From Lama guanicoe (Eukaryota): 64,000 bases of DNA. Shown in pieces: positions 25,404-38,919 of this stretch. The translations under genes and the position numbers were made by a program. Within the stretch, counting starts at the first letter, position 1. Each line of letters starts with the position of its first letter. The notes under the pieces are model-generated. The model made no database searches and was not told the origin of the DNA. It saw only the letters and a list, made by a program, of their open reading frames with translations. Where the stretch lies: NCBI GenBank assembly GCA_013239625.1, contig MU053802.1:79363-143362 (forward strand), in the 5' to 3' direction.

Positions 25404-25460
25404 TTATTTTGTGGGGACCAGGAACAGCTGAGTGGGAGGAACTTGCAGTTCAGAATTGAT
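25404..25460 (-). pseudogene. DRC1: Orphan last coding exon of DRC1 (CCDC164)
   Basis: Minus strand ttctccag|ATC AAT TCT... gives INSELQVPPTQLFLVPTK*, matching the recalled human DRC1 end INSELQVPPTQVLRVPTK. It is convergent with OTOF, as at the native locus. No upstream DRC1 exon was recognised. Confidence 0.85.
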
Positions 25461-25899
25461 CTGGAGAAGAAAGGGTGAAGGTCATCACATTTTCCCCCGG
25501 GCTCTCCTTTCACCGGCCTCCCAAGCTCGGTGATCATTCCCTCCCCAAATGTGTCTGGCTGCCTGGGAAAGCCCGGCCTGCCTGCCTCAGAGCACGTGCC
25601 CTGGGGCTCTCTGTCTGGGTTCTGCTCCAGCTTGCAAGACTCTGATATCTCTGTTAACCTCCCCCTCGGATCCATCCTCTGGAGCCCTCCCCTCCCCTCT
25701 TTCCCTGCCCACCCCACCCCCGATTTAGCTCCCGGGGTCATGCATCCCCAGGGCCTGGGCTTGTAGCTGGTCCCCGTTGATGAGGGAGGCCCTGCCCTTG
25801 ACCCTGGGTTACGCCCCTCAACCCCACGTGAAGAGCTCAACACCAGGAGCAGGGCAGAGCGAGACACAGGCTGGGGCAGTGGGGGAGGAAGCACATCTA

Positions 25900-26635
25900 G
25901 CCTAGGGTTAGAGAAAAATCTCCCAAGGATAGTGAAATGTTTAAGCTGACGGCCAAAGGATCAGTGTCCCTGGAAGAAGGAATAGTATACAAAACCCAGA
26001 GGCAACAGAAATAGAATTAGAGGAATTGAAAGAAATTGAACATGTCTCTCAAGGGAAGCATCAGAGATGGAACAAGAAAGACCAGCTGCACGCTGATGGG
26101 GGGGGTCTGGGGACCAGGTTTAGAATTGTGACTTTACCACAAAGGAAAGGGGTCACTAAAGGGTTTTAAGAAGGTGGGTGGGAGTAATGTGACTGATTCT
26201 TCCTTTTAGGAAGAGCACTATTGCTTACATGTAAAGAAAGAGTTGGATGCAAGAAGTCCAGGTGAGAGATAAGTCACCTCTGGAGTGGGGTGGGTCTACA
26301 GCCATACCACCCTGAACGCTCCCAGTCTCGTCTGCAGTGGGATGGGGGTTGGTGGTGGTAGGGGTGATGGGAAAGGACTGACTTGAAAGATATTTAACGG
26401 ATAGAATCAATAGGACTTGCTGATTCATTTCATGTAAGCTTGCTAATGTTAGAGGAAAAAAGAGGCTCCATAGAACTGGTGCGAGTCCTGGGTGAGTGGT
26501 GGATTTGCTAAGTGAGGAACACAGGGAGGGGGCAGATTCTGCGGGGGGATAATGAGTTCCCCTGTGTATGTCTGGAAGTTTAGTTAACTCTGAGCCACCC
26601 ACATGGTGATATTGCCCACAAAGTAGTTTGAGATA
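25900..26635 (-). mobile_element. L2 LINE remnant
   Basis: Purine-rich degenerate sequence with L2-like phrases (agaatcaataggacttgctgatt...; gataatgagttc...); boundaries approximate. Confidence 0.6.
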
Positions 26636-27131
26636 TAGGTAGGTAGGTGGGTAGATAGATAGATGTGTTATAATTTCAGGAAAAGGACTTGGAATTCAAA
26701 GAAGAGACTGTTTAGATAAGGATGAGGAACCCTGCTCAATAAATTTACCTGAAGTCTTCAGGAGTTCATCACACTCACCAGCACAGCTTCATAAAAGGCC
26801 AGGTAAGGAGGAGACAGGACCAAGAAGAGGGCAGAAAAATTTATTGCTGAAAATGGAAACTTGAATAGGAAACTAACAAATGCCTCTAGGTCTATAATGA
26901 AATATCACATGGAGAATGGTGTCCAATTTTTATTCATCTCCCTTAGGACAAAAGAACAAGCTATCTACAACAGGAGAGATTTCTAATAAAAGGCTTCTTT
27001 AATAAAGTTGTTAAAATCTGGAATGAGTTTCTTATGACTGTGGTAGACTCTTCTTGCTTCGAGGATTTTTATGTCATAATACTGTTCCTATCACAGATAT
27101 TTTAAGCTCTTCAGAAGTGCAGGGATCTTCT

Positions 27132-27454
27132 CAGTGCCTTTTGCACCAACCTATTTTTTGCATGTGACACTCAGCCTTGATTTTTAATATTTAAAAAAAT
27201 TAATTCATAAGGCCAAAAGCAATTTTTACTTCTTAGCAATGGAACTGACCAGAGAACATTTGTTGGATACATTTGTGACCCCAGGATCTTGCACAGTGCC
27301 TTTTGCACCAACCTATTTTTTGCATGTGACACTCAGCCTTGATTTTTAATATTTAAAAAAATTAATTCATAAGGCCAAAAGCAATTTTTACTTCTTAGCA
27401 ATGGAACTGACCAGAGAACATTTGTTGGATACATTTGTGACCCCAGGATCTTGC
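27132..27454. repeat. Perfect tandem duplication, 2 x 161 bp
   Basis: 27132-27292 and 27294-27454 are identical on manual comparison and separated by one A. Confidence 0.95.
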
Positions 27455-28179
27455 CCTTGCAGCCTTGTCTGCAAGTTTCTGCATTGACTATGATACCACA
27501 GAACACAGCCAGAAAATGGGACCCACCAGCAAGGTCCACTAAAGTTGAAGAAACAATGAGCTGCAACCTAAGCTTTCAGGTTCTTGAAAAAAGAGCTATG
27601 CTCACTGCACTCGAGAAGCCCAGGCAGCCTCAGGGAGGCATATTTTGGAGGCACATTAAGAAGCCTCAAAGCCAAAGGGAATCTACTCTCTTCTTTCACT
27701 TTCTCAGAGAAGCCACTCAAGGCTCCCCAAGGAGGAGCCCGAGCTATGAATCTTGTTCAGATCTCAGATTCATGGCAAGGAGGGCCACGTAAGATCTCTT
27801 TTATCCCCGCTGTGTTTAAGGCTTCTCTCCTCGACTCCTTATTGTAAATTTTCCAGTGCTCTTGATTAAGCCAGGAACTCTTCTTGACCACCATTTAACC
27901 TATATGGGTGATTGCTTTAAACACAATCTCAACTCTGCCTTGAACCCTTGATCAAACACTTCAAATCTGAGGATGTTGACATGATGGTAATTATATTTTT
28001 AGAACATATGGATGAGAAAACATGTAAATGCAACAAGCTCCTATTAACTCCATGAAATGTTTAATGAATTTGTATCTGAGTTATTGTGTTCATAAATTAT
28101 AGAGAAAAAGCAATACAAGGTATGTGTGGATATATGGTAATTCTTCAGTCTACAGACACTCAGGTATTCATAGAATAGA

Positions 28180-28345
28180 GCAGTGGTTGGCAACCCTGCC
28201 TAACACTGGAGTCACTTGGAGCTTTAGGCAACTTCTGATGCCTTAGCCCCACACTAATCAGTTAAACCATAATTGGTGGGAGAAGGGGTTGACCAGGAGA
28301 TTTGACTTCTGACTGTTGATCAGGGTTAAGAATCACTGAATTAGA
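28180..28345. mobile_element. MER5A-like DNA transposon remnant
   Basis: Termini cagtggtt... and ...cagggttaagaatcactg form an inverted repeat typical of MER5A. Confidence 0.6.
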
Positions 28346-30082
28346 GGGACCGTAATAAATTTAAGGCCTTCAGGGCTTCTGCAGAACAGACTGTAAACCA
28401 CTGCTTTAGAGCTTTCAGGACAAGTTTCTTTGTTAGCTTTGGTTTTGTTTTGATTTGTTGTTTCCCATCCACTTTCTTTGTAGGCTTAACGCACTGGACC
28501 TGCATACCTTACCCAGAACCCTACTATCTGAACCCATCACCTGGCCCCACAAAGAAAGTTTAGGAGACCAAGTTTAGTCCCACATGCCATCTACATTCTC
28601 CTCCAAATGCCTTATGGAGTTGCAATGTAGAGAAGCTAATGGAAATATAAAATATAAAATGAATAAGCCATTGAAACTCAAACCAATAGATTGCCAAACT
28701 GTCTGAAGTTTAAAAGAAAATTACTTTTATTGGCACATCAGTTAGTAACACACATTTAATTCCAATTCGTAGATACATATCCTTACATTTATGACTTATC
28801 ATAAACACCACTTATTTTCCAAAAACTGCTTTGAAGGCCAAGTTCTCAAAAATTTTGGTTAGTCTTTAATGATTTGAAATATACTATTCTGCATTTCTCC
28901 ATACAAAGAAGTAAGTAACTAAGTGTTCCAAATTGATGGAAGATTTCAAGTCATATTGCATAAAAACAAAAACATGGCATATGGTAACCAGATAGCTAAT
29001 GCTTTGGGCCTCCTAATTTGATACTTCTGGGGAAAAAATGCAAAATTATCATTGTTCTTAATATATATTCACAGAATGTCATCACTCTACAGCAAACAAA
29101 AATCTTGTCTCTCTGAATGATTTCACCAAAAAATGTGCAGGGTTTTAAATGCTACAAAACAGTTTCTGAAGCATCATTCTTTTATGGACCTGAATGGTGT
29201 GATAGGTGGTGGAGTGGTTTAGAAATACATACAGGTCAGCTCTACTTGGTAAATGTTTACTGGACACACTTGAAGTCTTTCAAACTGAATGGGTGGTTAA
29301 CAGACACCATAAAATTATTAGAAACAGTCATCATTATGACCAAGTTACTTTGTTATTTGTCATTGTTATCTCCAAGTTACTGTCCTTTAGTGGTATTGCT
29401 AAAATAAATTTGGTTTGCTGATCTCATTTCTTTGTTCTCCCTTCCTCAGTTGACATTTTTTGGTCCTGTCTTATTGTTGTCATCATGACTATTATTATTT
29501 ATCTTTCCTATGACAAATACAAATATATCTCAAGGCATTAGACACATGAAAATGGAAGAGGCACAGTACAGTTGAAACCAAAGTTGCAGGTGAGGTGGTA
29601 CAAAAGAAAATGATGAATTCTTAAACTTCTTTGATAGCACAGATCTCTGTTACAGATATATTGTAAATATGCAGATAAATTGTATGCGGAGTTAAAATCA
29701 ACCCTGTGCTCTATAAGATTCATTGTATATAATTAAAATGTCTGAGCCAAAGATCAGTATATGAAGAGAGAGCTATGGGAAGAGTCAGTCAGCCAGAGCA
29801 CCTTTCTTCTTGTCATGGTGGAGCCATCTAAGAACTCTGGTGAAACAGGGAGGTGAGACTACAGGTGGAACCAAGCAGGCCAAGAAGTCTGTGAATATGG
29901 ACAAGGGATGCTCAACATGGAGTGGTGGTTCAGACACCAAACAGTCAGGAACCAGGAAATACAGGGAAAACCAAAGTCAAAACAGTGATGCATGAAAAGC
30001 CAGGACTGGGATCAGGATTACAGGTTAACAGTGACACACCAGAGATTTGGTCTTATCCATTTGTTAAAATCTAACAAGGATC

Positions 30083-30489
30083 GTAGGGAAAGAGATCAGA
30101 TTTGTGGTTACCAGAGGTGGGGAGGGGTGGGGGGAAGGGAAAACTGAATGAAGGTAATCAAAAGGTACAACCTTCCAGTTATAAAGTAGTAGGGATGTAA
30201 TATAAAACATAATATAATGAACACTGCAGTATGTTATATATGAAAGTTGTTAAGAGAGTAAATCCTAAGAGTTCTTATCACAAGGAGAAAAATGTTTCTT
30301 ATTTCCTTAGTTTTGTAGCTCTCTGAGATGACGGGTCTCATAATAACTTATTGCGGTAATCATTTTATGATGTATCTATGTCAAACCATTATCCTGTACA
30401 CCTTAAACTTACACAGTGCTAGACGTCAATTATATCTCAATAAAACTGGAAGGAAAATTAAATAAAAGCTGAGTTAAAAAATAAAAACC
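30083..30489 (+). mobile_element. Truncated L1 3' UTR (L1MA-type) with target-site duplication
   Basis: gtggttaccagaggtgggg...tatatctcaataaaactgg plus A-rich tail, flanked by AACAAGGATC at 30073-30082 and 30490-30499. Confidence 0.85.
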
Positions 30490-32302
30490 AACAAGGATCC
30501 CTTCCAACAGAAAGCCTATTGTACCCTTCCCACTGTAGCCAGTTGAGACAAACCGAAAAGTGGACCCAGAATGTAACTGATTTGTAAGCAGCTGTCTTGA
30601 TCAGGTCCTGACTTTCCCACATCTATGGCAAACACAGTAATTTCTAATATCACAGTATATGTCATATACATACATACATACATACATACAGTATATGTCA
30701 TAATACATATTTTATTTATATTTTATTGTTAATATGTGGAAGTTATTGTTTCTGTTTGACAAATGTTAAGCGTTAAAGTAATTTTAAAGTTTGCTTCAAA
30801 AAGTTCTAAAGATTCAAAAACATTTTAAAATATGTTCAAAAATATTTTAAATCATTCTTTCTTGTGAGAACATGATGATAAAAATGCATGACTACCTGAT
30901 ATTAAAATATACCTTAAAGCTACAGTAATTAAAACAGTAAGATATAGGTTCTAAAACTAGAAAAATTGAGGAAAGAGATTAGAAAGCCAAACATATGTGT
31001 GTATATACATATGCACATATGTGTATGCATAAATGTATTTAGTTAATCATAAGAGTATCATTTCAAATCAGTCAGAAAATAATGGATGATTCAATTAGTT
31101 ATGTATTTGGGAAAAGTAAGATTCTTTTCTCACATTATATAACAAAATTAATTTCAAGTAGAACAAGGAGATAAATGCCCTCATCCCTTGATGAACTGCA
31201 AAGTAGGAGAGCAGATTACTCAAACCCTGCCAAGACTCATTTCTTGTTTTAACATGAAATACTACAAGAAAAAGTCTGAATATTATTTACAAGTCAATAA
31301 TATGAAAATGCAGATATCCCACATTTTATCAAGTATATCCTAGATTTGCACTCAGAAAAGTCAACGGCCTTATGTTCAAATGTTGGCCTTCTTTTTCACC
31401 AAACCCTTAACTAAAGCAGCTGATATAAGTAAGATGAGTTCCATTTCTTTCATTTGTTCTTTTCAGTTAAGAGTTTTATCAGAAGTACAAATGGTCAAAA
31501 GTTCTCAGTAGATGAATGAATAATTACACAATGAACTATAAACTAAATCAACATTGACTTTACTTGAAAATTATATTAAAATATTTTCATGATTTAAAAA
31601 GTTAAATGTCAAAAATAAAATAATAAAAGAATGGAAGAAATATAATTGAACATTTGTCTGATCTCATGAGGGGAAATCATTTCAACCCATGATACCAAAA
31701 GAAGAGGGCATAAAGACTGATAAATTTGACTAATAAACATTTAAAATTTTAGTGCCTCAAAAATAACATAAAAAGAATTAAAAGTAAAATCAAATTGTAA
31801 AAATATTTTTAAACACATATGGCTGATAAAGTGTTAAATCCTAAACACACAGAATTCTTACAAATAAATGAGAAAAAAATGAGCAATGGGTAGGAAGCAG
31901 AAATTTACAAATGAAAAAATTTTGATGGGAAAAATTGTCTCATATTTCACATGAATATGTGAAAACTGTCATGTTACAACAGCAGTTATAGTTTTTCTAC
32001 AAAATTAGCAAAGATTAAAAATTTAAGACATCAAAATACCTAGGTTTACTGAAAGTTTTTGTGAAAAGTCTACTTTTATACATTGCTGGTGAGAATGCAA
32101 ATTTGTGCAATATATATGGAGGTCAATGTGGCAATAAGTAACAAAAACTTTTTAAATTTTCATACTTTTCAATACAGTAATTTAACTTCTAGGAATTCTT
32201 AAGGAAAAATTGAAAAATACCTTAGTATTCAATAGGAAATGGATTATGATATGGTCTATCCACACTATCCCTAAAAACGTGGTATATGCTATTATTACAC
32301 AC

Positions 32303-33040
32303 ATTGCTGGAGAGGCTGTGGAGAAAAGGAAACCCTCCTACACTGTTGGTGGCAGTGTAATTTGGTGCAACCACTATGGAAAACAGTATGGAGATTCCTT
32401 TAAAAACTAAAACTAAAGTTACCATATGATCCAGCAGTCCCACTCCTGGACATATATCCAGAGAAAGCCCAATTTGAAAAGATACACACACCTGAATGTT
32501 CATAGCAGGACTATTTACAATGGCTGAGGCACGGAAACAACCTAAATGTCCACTGACAGATGACTGGATAAAGAAGTTGTGGCATATTGACCCAATGGAA
32601 TACTACTCAGCCATAAAAAGAATAAAATAATGCCATTTGCTTCAACATGGATGGGCCTAGAGATTATCATACAAAGTGAAGTAACTCACACAAAGAAAGA
32701 TAAGTATCATGTAATATCACTTACATATGGAATCTAAAAAAATGACACAAATGAACCAATCTACAAAACAGAAACAGACTCATAGGCATTGATAACAAAC
32801 TTATGGCTACCAAAGAATAAAGGCAGGGAGGGATAAATTAGGAGTCTGGCACTAGCAGATATAAACCTCTATACACAAAATAAACAATGAGGTCCTACTG
32901 CATAGCATAGGGAACTATATTCAGTATCTCATAATAACCTATATTGAAAAAGAATGTATGTATAAGTAAATCACTAGGCTTTACAGATGAAACTAAAATC
33001 AACCCTGTAAATCAACTATACTTCAACAAAAAATAATAAT
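32303..33040 (+). mobile_element. L1 3' end inserted in an older L1 remnant (~31600-32300)
   Basis: [18 protein letters not shown]2-type peptide; 3' end aaatcaactatacttcaacaaaaaataataat. Confidence 0.9.
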
Positions 33041-34929
33041 TTTATTATGACATGAGAAAGGGACACAAGGAAAAGAAGTATAAAAAGCACTAATTAGCAT
33101 AGTTACCCGAAGGTGATGGGATTACCATTCAGGACAACTTTATAGTTTCAAAAGTGCCCTCCAAAAAGATAGAAGTCATTACACTATTGGATTGCCAGTA
33201 AAAATAGATAGGCAAGGTAGCCCATATGACAACTGTCAAGATGGAGGTGGGTCAATCTTCACAAATAATATAAATATGTGAAAAACAGACAGCATTGCAC
33301 TGTATATTTTTAGCAGGATATAGCAGCAGTCTAAAAGGCCCTGTTACTTTTTAAAGCCATTGTCATCCTGGCTATAAAACACTTTACCATAAAAATTAAG
33401 TCCAATTGAATTGCTACACAGAATACCAGATGAGTTTGATATTCTCTGAAAAATCACAGAGCACTAAGAACAAAAAGATTGCCAGGATACTATAGTTGGA
33501 CAATGTTCTGATGTGTGAAATGGATGGTTTGTTCAACTTTCTCAGACGCTGATCCTCTCCACATGTAACTGGTAAACATCACAACATCTTATGTGGCATA
33601 GCATATACAGTATAATGATGGAAAATGCCTGATCTTCCAAAAGGATGAATACCAGAAACCAAAAACTAGTAGCCCCATATTGGTTTCTAAAACAAAGTTC
33701 TCAACAAACTATTAAACCGGTAGATGTGAAAATGATAAGAACAAATCTTCCAGCCACAAGAGTATGTTCAGACACTGAAAACCCAGGTTGGAAAAGAGGC
33801 AGCAACATCCACTGCAAAGAGGACTTGGAAGCAACATGTCCCCAGTTTCCACCGACCTTGCAGGTGGCTCCCTGGAGCTAGATGGTTTCCATACACATTC
33901 CCTCCCCACCCTGTAAGACACTATATCCCTGGCACCTTTCTTTCCCCTTTCTGGGCCAGGCTTTCTATTTCACTGGTGCTCACCCTAGCTTGGTGCAAAT
34001 AAGCAGCTGTGCTGAGAACATGTGGACTCCCTCCAGAAGTTACATGGCCAAGTGTTCCATGAAATAACAGGTGGCAGGCCAGGCAGCTCCAGCTCTCAAA
34101 TTTGAGAGGAAGAATGATAAATCAAACTGAAGGTGTCAAAATGTGGTTTGTTTCTACCTGAGGATTGTTTCCATCAGCAGGAATCATTCATAAACAGTCT
34201 AGAGAGATAAAGGTATGGACTCAGCACCCAGGGTGCCTTTTCCCAGATAAAGCCCCAGGATACTTTCTAAGAAATCCTTGTAAGTAGAAGCCTTCTAGAC
34301 AGACACACTAGAGAACTAAGTCACCCTGACTTTGGGCAGCCTTGTCTAAGTTATTCCACCTTAAATAGGTTTGGTTAGCCCTTCCTGGAACTGGTCTTCT
34401 GCCTGCTGCCTTATTCCAGATATTTCCTTCTTACAAACTAGATAAAGCCTTTAGCAGAGCCAGTCAATTATATCACTCATCATGTTTTTCAGGTCTGGGT
34501 TCTGCTGGATTAGAAAGATTGGACACCTCAGCTAGCACTCACTTTCATAGAAGCAACAGGGAAAGGAACCATTCCTTAAACCTCAATTCACCTCTGAGAT
34601 GTTTCAATAAAATGAGCAATCAATTTAACCAACTACAGTTCTTCCCAGATTTAGGATCTGCATAGGGTGACAAAGGAAGCAGAAATCACAATAAGTCCTG
34701 CTCCTCAGATTCATAAGATTTCCACATGCTCCTTCAGACAGGTAATAAGAGACTTTCAATATCTATGGAAACTCCAACTTTAAAACTCAGTAGTGTCCTA
34801 GTCCCTTTGTCTTACTTAAAAATAAAACTTATCTTATGGCATCAATAGTTATTATCTCCCCAACCATAACCCACCCACCAACAAGCTCATATCCAAGTGC
34901 ATCTGATACATCTGGCTATACACTATCCC

Positions 34930-35750
34930 CAGCAACAGGACACTTTATTATAACTGTCAGGTCGACACTAAATATATATGAAAATTGACTAAAAGCTAGG
35001 TCATAAAGCTAGCCAATTTGAAATCACTATGTGAAATAATAATGGTATCATGAAGAATATATCATTTAACCCCAATACACTTCAGTTATTAAAAAACGTA
35101 ACTAAAGGGAAAAATACTTAAAAATTTTAAATATATTTTGGAACAACCTATCAATCATAAAAGAAGTGTAGATTATGAACTCTTTAGAAAATAGTTAGAA
35201 AAAAATATTGACAAAAATACCCAAAATACCATAAATATTAAGTGCCAAAATGGCAGAACACTTAAGTTCCAAAAAATTTAGTCTTAAATGCTTACATGAA
35301 AAAAGAAAAGCTCAACTTAATGAAGTGATCATCCAACCATAAGGAATTAGGAAATAACACAACAAAATAAACTCAAGAAGATGAGAGAAAATAATAAAAA
35401 TAAAAGCAGAAGTTAATGAAAGAGAAAGTGAACATATAAGAAGAGGATTGAGAGAGGTCAGAAAAATAATAAAAGATACAAATCTCTGGAGAGAATAATT
35501 AAGAGAAAAAAGAGAGATGCATTTCATTTTTTAAAATCAAGAATAAAAAGGGGGCAAAGCTATAGTTGCTACACAGATTAAACAGACAAGATGCTATGAA
35601 CAAGTCTGTGTCTCAACTTGAAAACTTAGATGAAATATACAGATATATACAGCTTAACAAAAAACAAGTCTTTTTAAAAAATAGAGAACATAAAAAGTCC
35701 TCTAAGCTATAAAGAAATTAAATCAGTCATTTAAAATAATCCCATTAAAG

Positions 35751-35781
<31 letters not shown>

Positions 35782-37765
35782 AGATAGATTTCTAGGCAAT
35801 TCTACCAAACATGTGAGCATTGGGAAATTCTAATCTTATGCAAACTATTCCACATAATGGGAAAAAAAATCACTTGTAAAAAAATCACATATTTCAAAAC
35901 CAGATAAATATACTATTTTAAAAAATAAAAAACATAGGCTGATCTCACTTATGAATGAATGTAGATGCAAAAACTCTAAAAATAAATATTTTTATAAAAT
36001 AAATCAGATAATGTACAAAAAGGTAAGTGGATATGACCAAGTTGGTGTTTCCTAGGAATCCTAGATTGGCTTATCATGAGAAGATCAATTAAAGTAAATC
36101 ATCATATTACCATGTTAAGGTGAAAATAACTGTGTCTTAATAGAGGCAGAAAAAACTGGATAAAATTTCACATCTATCTGTGATGAAAGGAAATAATAGC
36201 AACAACTTCCTTAGCAAACTGGGAACAGAAGACACATTCTTAGCTCAATAAAGGACATTTCAAAAAACCCACGGAAACCTCATATCTAACAATGAAACTT
36301 TTAACAGCACCTTCTGTAAGAGCAGCTTCAATATAAGGATGCCTGTTTTCATCAGCCTTATACTACATTGTTCTGGAGGTCCTTGCATAGTAAATCAAGA
36401 GAAAGAAGTAAAAGGTAAAGGGCTGGAAAAAAGAAACAAAAACCTTGATTATTTTATAGATGATGTGATTGCTTATATCAAAAATTTCAACAAAAAAAGG
36501 TTAACATAGGGGTTAATAAATGTTTGCTGAGAAAAATAAGCAACAAAATAGTTGTGAGGATTAAGTAAAATAATCTATGTTGACTATTTGGCACCTAGTA
36601 GCAACTTAGTAAATATTAATTTCCTTTCCCTTAAAATTTACTTTTAGGTATCTATGTCACATGGGAGAGGGATTTTTAAAAAGTAAAAATTTAAATTAAT
36701 AAAAAAGGTATTAGATTCAAAATTAATATGCAAAGTAAACTCATTTCTAGGTACCCACAACCATTGACTAAAAATGTAAATTTCTTTAAAGGTGCAATTT
36801 AAAACAGTGATAAACATTTTAAATACTTATGATAAAATAAAAAATGTGTCTAAGTCTTCTGAAGAGAAAACAAATAAACTTTATTAAAGAAACATTAAAG
36901 AAGACCTAATAAATAGGGAGATATCTCATATTATTGGGTGGGAAGACTGACTATCATAAAGCATACCATAATTCTCTCCAAACTGATCTAAAACATCCGT
37001 ACAATTCAAATACAAATCCTATCAGAGTGTGCACATGCATGTGAAACTCAACAAGCCAATTATAAAATTTACATGAAAGATTAAGGGCCAACAAAAGCCA
37101 AGAAGCTCTTAAGAACAAAATGTGGGATGCTAGTGTGAGATACTCGCTACTAGATATCCGGACTACTATAAGCTATGGAAATGAAGTTGGTGCGGTACTG
37201 GTGCAGGCACAGACTAACAGGCCAAAGGAAGAATAGAGAGTCTGGTAACAAACCCATGCCAATATGGAAAATGTATTTATGAGAAAGCAGACATTATAGA
37301 TCATGAGAGAAAAATGAACTATTCAATAAATGACACTAGGGCAACTGTTTATCCAAATAGAAAAAAAATCAAGTTGCATCCTTATTCCAACACAAAAATG
37401 AATTGCATTAGATTAAATACTTCCTATGAAACACTAAATTATAAAATTTTCTTAAGCTCTTATTTCTTAAACAAGAAGCAAATAATGCAAACTTTAGTGA
37501 GAAGATCACTACATTAAATTGCATTAAAATTAAGAACTTGAGTTCACCATTAAGAATGAAATTCAAAAAATAGAGAAGATATTTGAAATATACATAACCA
37601 GTAAAGGGGTTGGTGTTTGGAAAATACATACACATACATAAAGAATTCCTACAAAACATGAAGGAAAAGGCACACTCACATGTACTAGACACGTTTTTCA
37701 TAGAAATGACATGGACAAGTATTCCATAGAAAAGGAAATATGAATAACAGAAACATATGAAAAGA
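34930..37765 (+). mobile_element. Old, degraded L1 ORF2 region
   Basis: A-rich strand with ordered L1 ORF2 remnants (aaaacttagatgaaat; ttctaccaaacat; gatgcaaaaactct; tagatgatgtgattg; ctattcaataaatg); (CA)n at ~35751-35777. Confidence 0.75.
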
Positions 37766-37789
37766 TGATTGAGGGAGTATTCACAGGGT

Positions 37790-38915
37790 TCACCATGGGG
37801 CATTGGGCATGGCTTGCTGGCCACTGTCACTGGCCTCTTCTTTTTCTGGCTGGGAGGCAAATGAGAGCCCTGAATCAGGTGGCTATGAGTAGAATGAACT
37901 CAGTAAGGGGGGCCAGACTTTGTGCTCTGATGGCAGTGGTTGTGCTGGCCCAATACATTTTCACCTTGAAGAGGACGACCCAAAGAGGAAGATCAAGATC
38001 TTTGAGATGAATATTGGATAGCTAAGAAATGACTAATCGAGTCCGCTGCCTTTATAAAAATGATGCCAAAATTGCAGAAACATTCGGTTCACGTCAAGAA
38101 TCCTACGAGGTTAGAAGAAATTATCTATGGTCTTGTCAAAGGAGGAGTTGTCATACTTCAGATTATAATATAGTTTGATATGACATTAAGTAAATACAAA
38201 GGAAAAAGATGCTCAACATGTCATTATATCATAAACAATTGTAAACAAGTTACAGATCAATGTCAAAAAAAGATATTTAACCCAAGGAAAGATACTATTC
38301 TTTTAAAGTTGATCTTGGTCTTACCAGAGATGACAAGTTCTTTTATATGGTAGAATAGTGTACTAAATCACATAATCTGCTTGTTGAACTACCTTAATCA
38401 AAAGCTAAACTTAAAGACATTATGAAAGAACCTGATGACATATTCAAGGAAGGATATGAGAATTTATCTGATAAGCTCCAAAAGCACAAAATCCCTGTGT
38501 GCATATTTTTACACTGCATAGGTGATATACCACGGGAGGTTTTCTGTCAAGCTAGTGTTATCATCCAAATGTCAAAGTAGGGTCCAAATAATGGGTTTTT
38601 ATGAAAATGGGGCTTTTAAAGGACATAAAGGGGAATAAATACACATATTTAACAAAAAGTGAACATTTCAATCTGCTAAAAGACAACAGCAACATAATTC
38701 TGTCAGGAGACTCTCAAGGAGACTTGAGAACAGCAGATGGAGTAGCCAATGTTGGATACATTCAGATAACTTGGTATCTAAGTGATAGAATGGGTGAACT
38801 TTTAGAAAAAAGTACATAGGCTCTTCTGATACTGTTTTAATACAACTTAGTACTCATTGGAGAGAGTCAACACTATCTTACAGGAGATTTTATAAACAAG
38901 TGTCTTTTAGGAAAC
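37790..38915 (+). pseudogene. NT5C3A: Processed cytosolic 5'-nucleotidase IIIA pseudogene
   Basis: Intronless. ATG at 37861, then [61 protein letters not shown], ending ILQEIL* (TAA 38893-38895). Many frameshifts and stops; 3' UTR cut by L1 sequence. Confidence 0.92.
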
Positions 38916-38919
38916 TACA

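Noticed and set aside
27132..27454. CRISPR-like or multi-unit array
   Set aside because: Only two long identical units, no spacers, and mammalian context.
33100..33860. Possible ancient RTE-class LINE or retrocopy remnant
   Set aside because: Only a faint resemblance (QHLMWH...MEN...) across broken frames; cannot be supported without a profile search.
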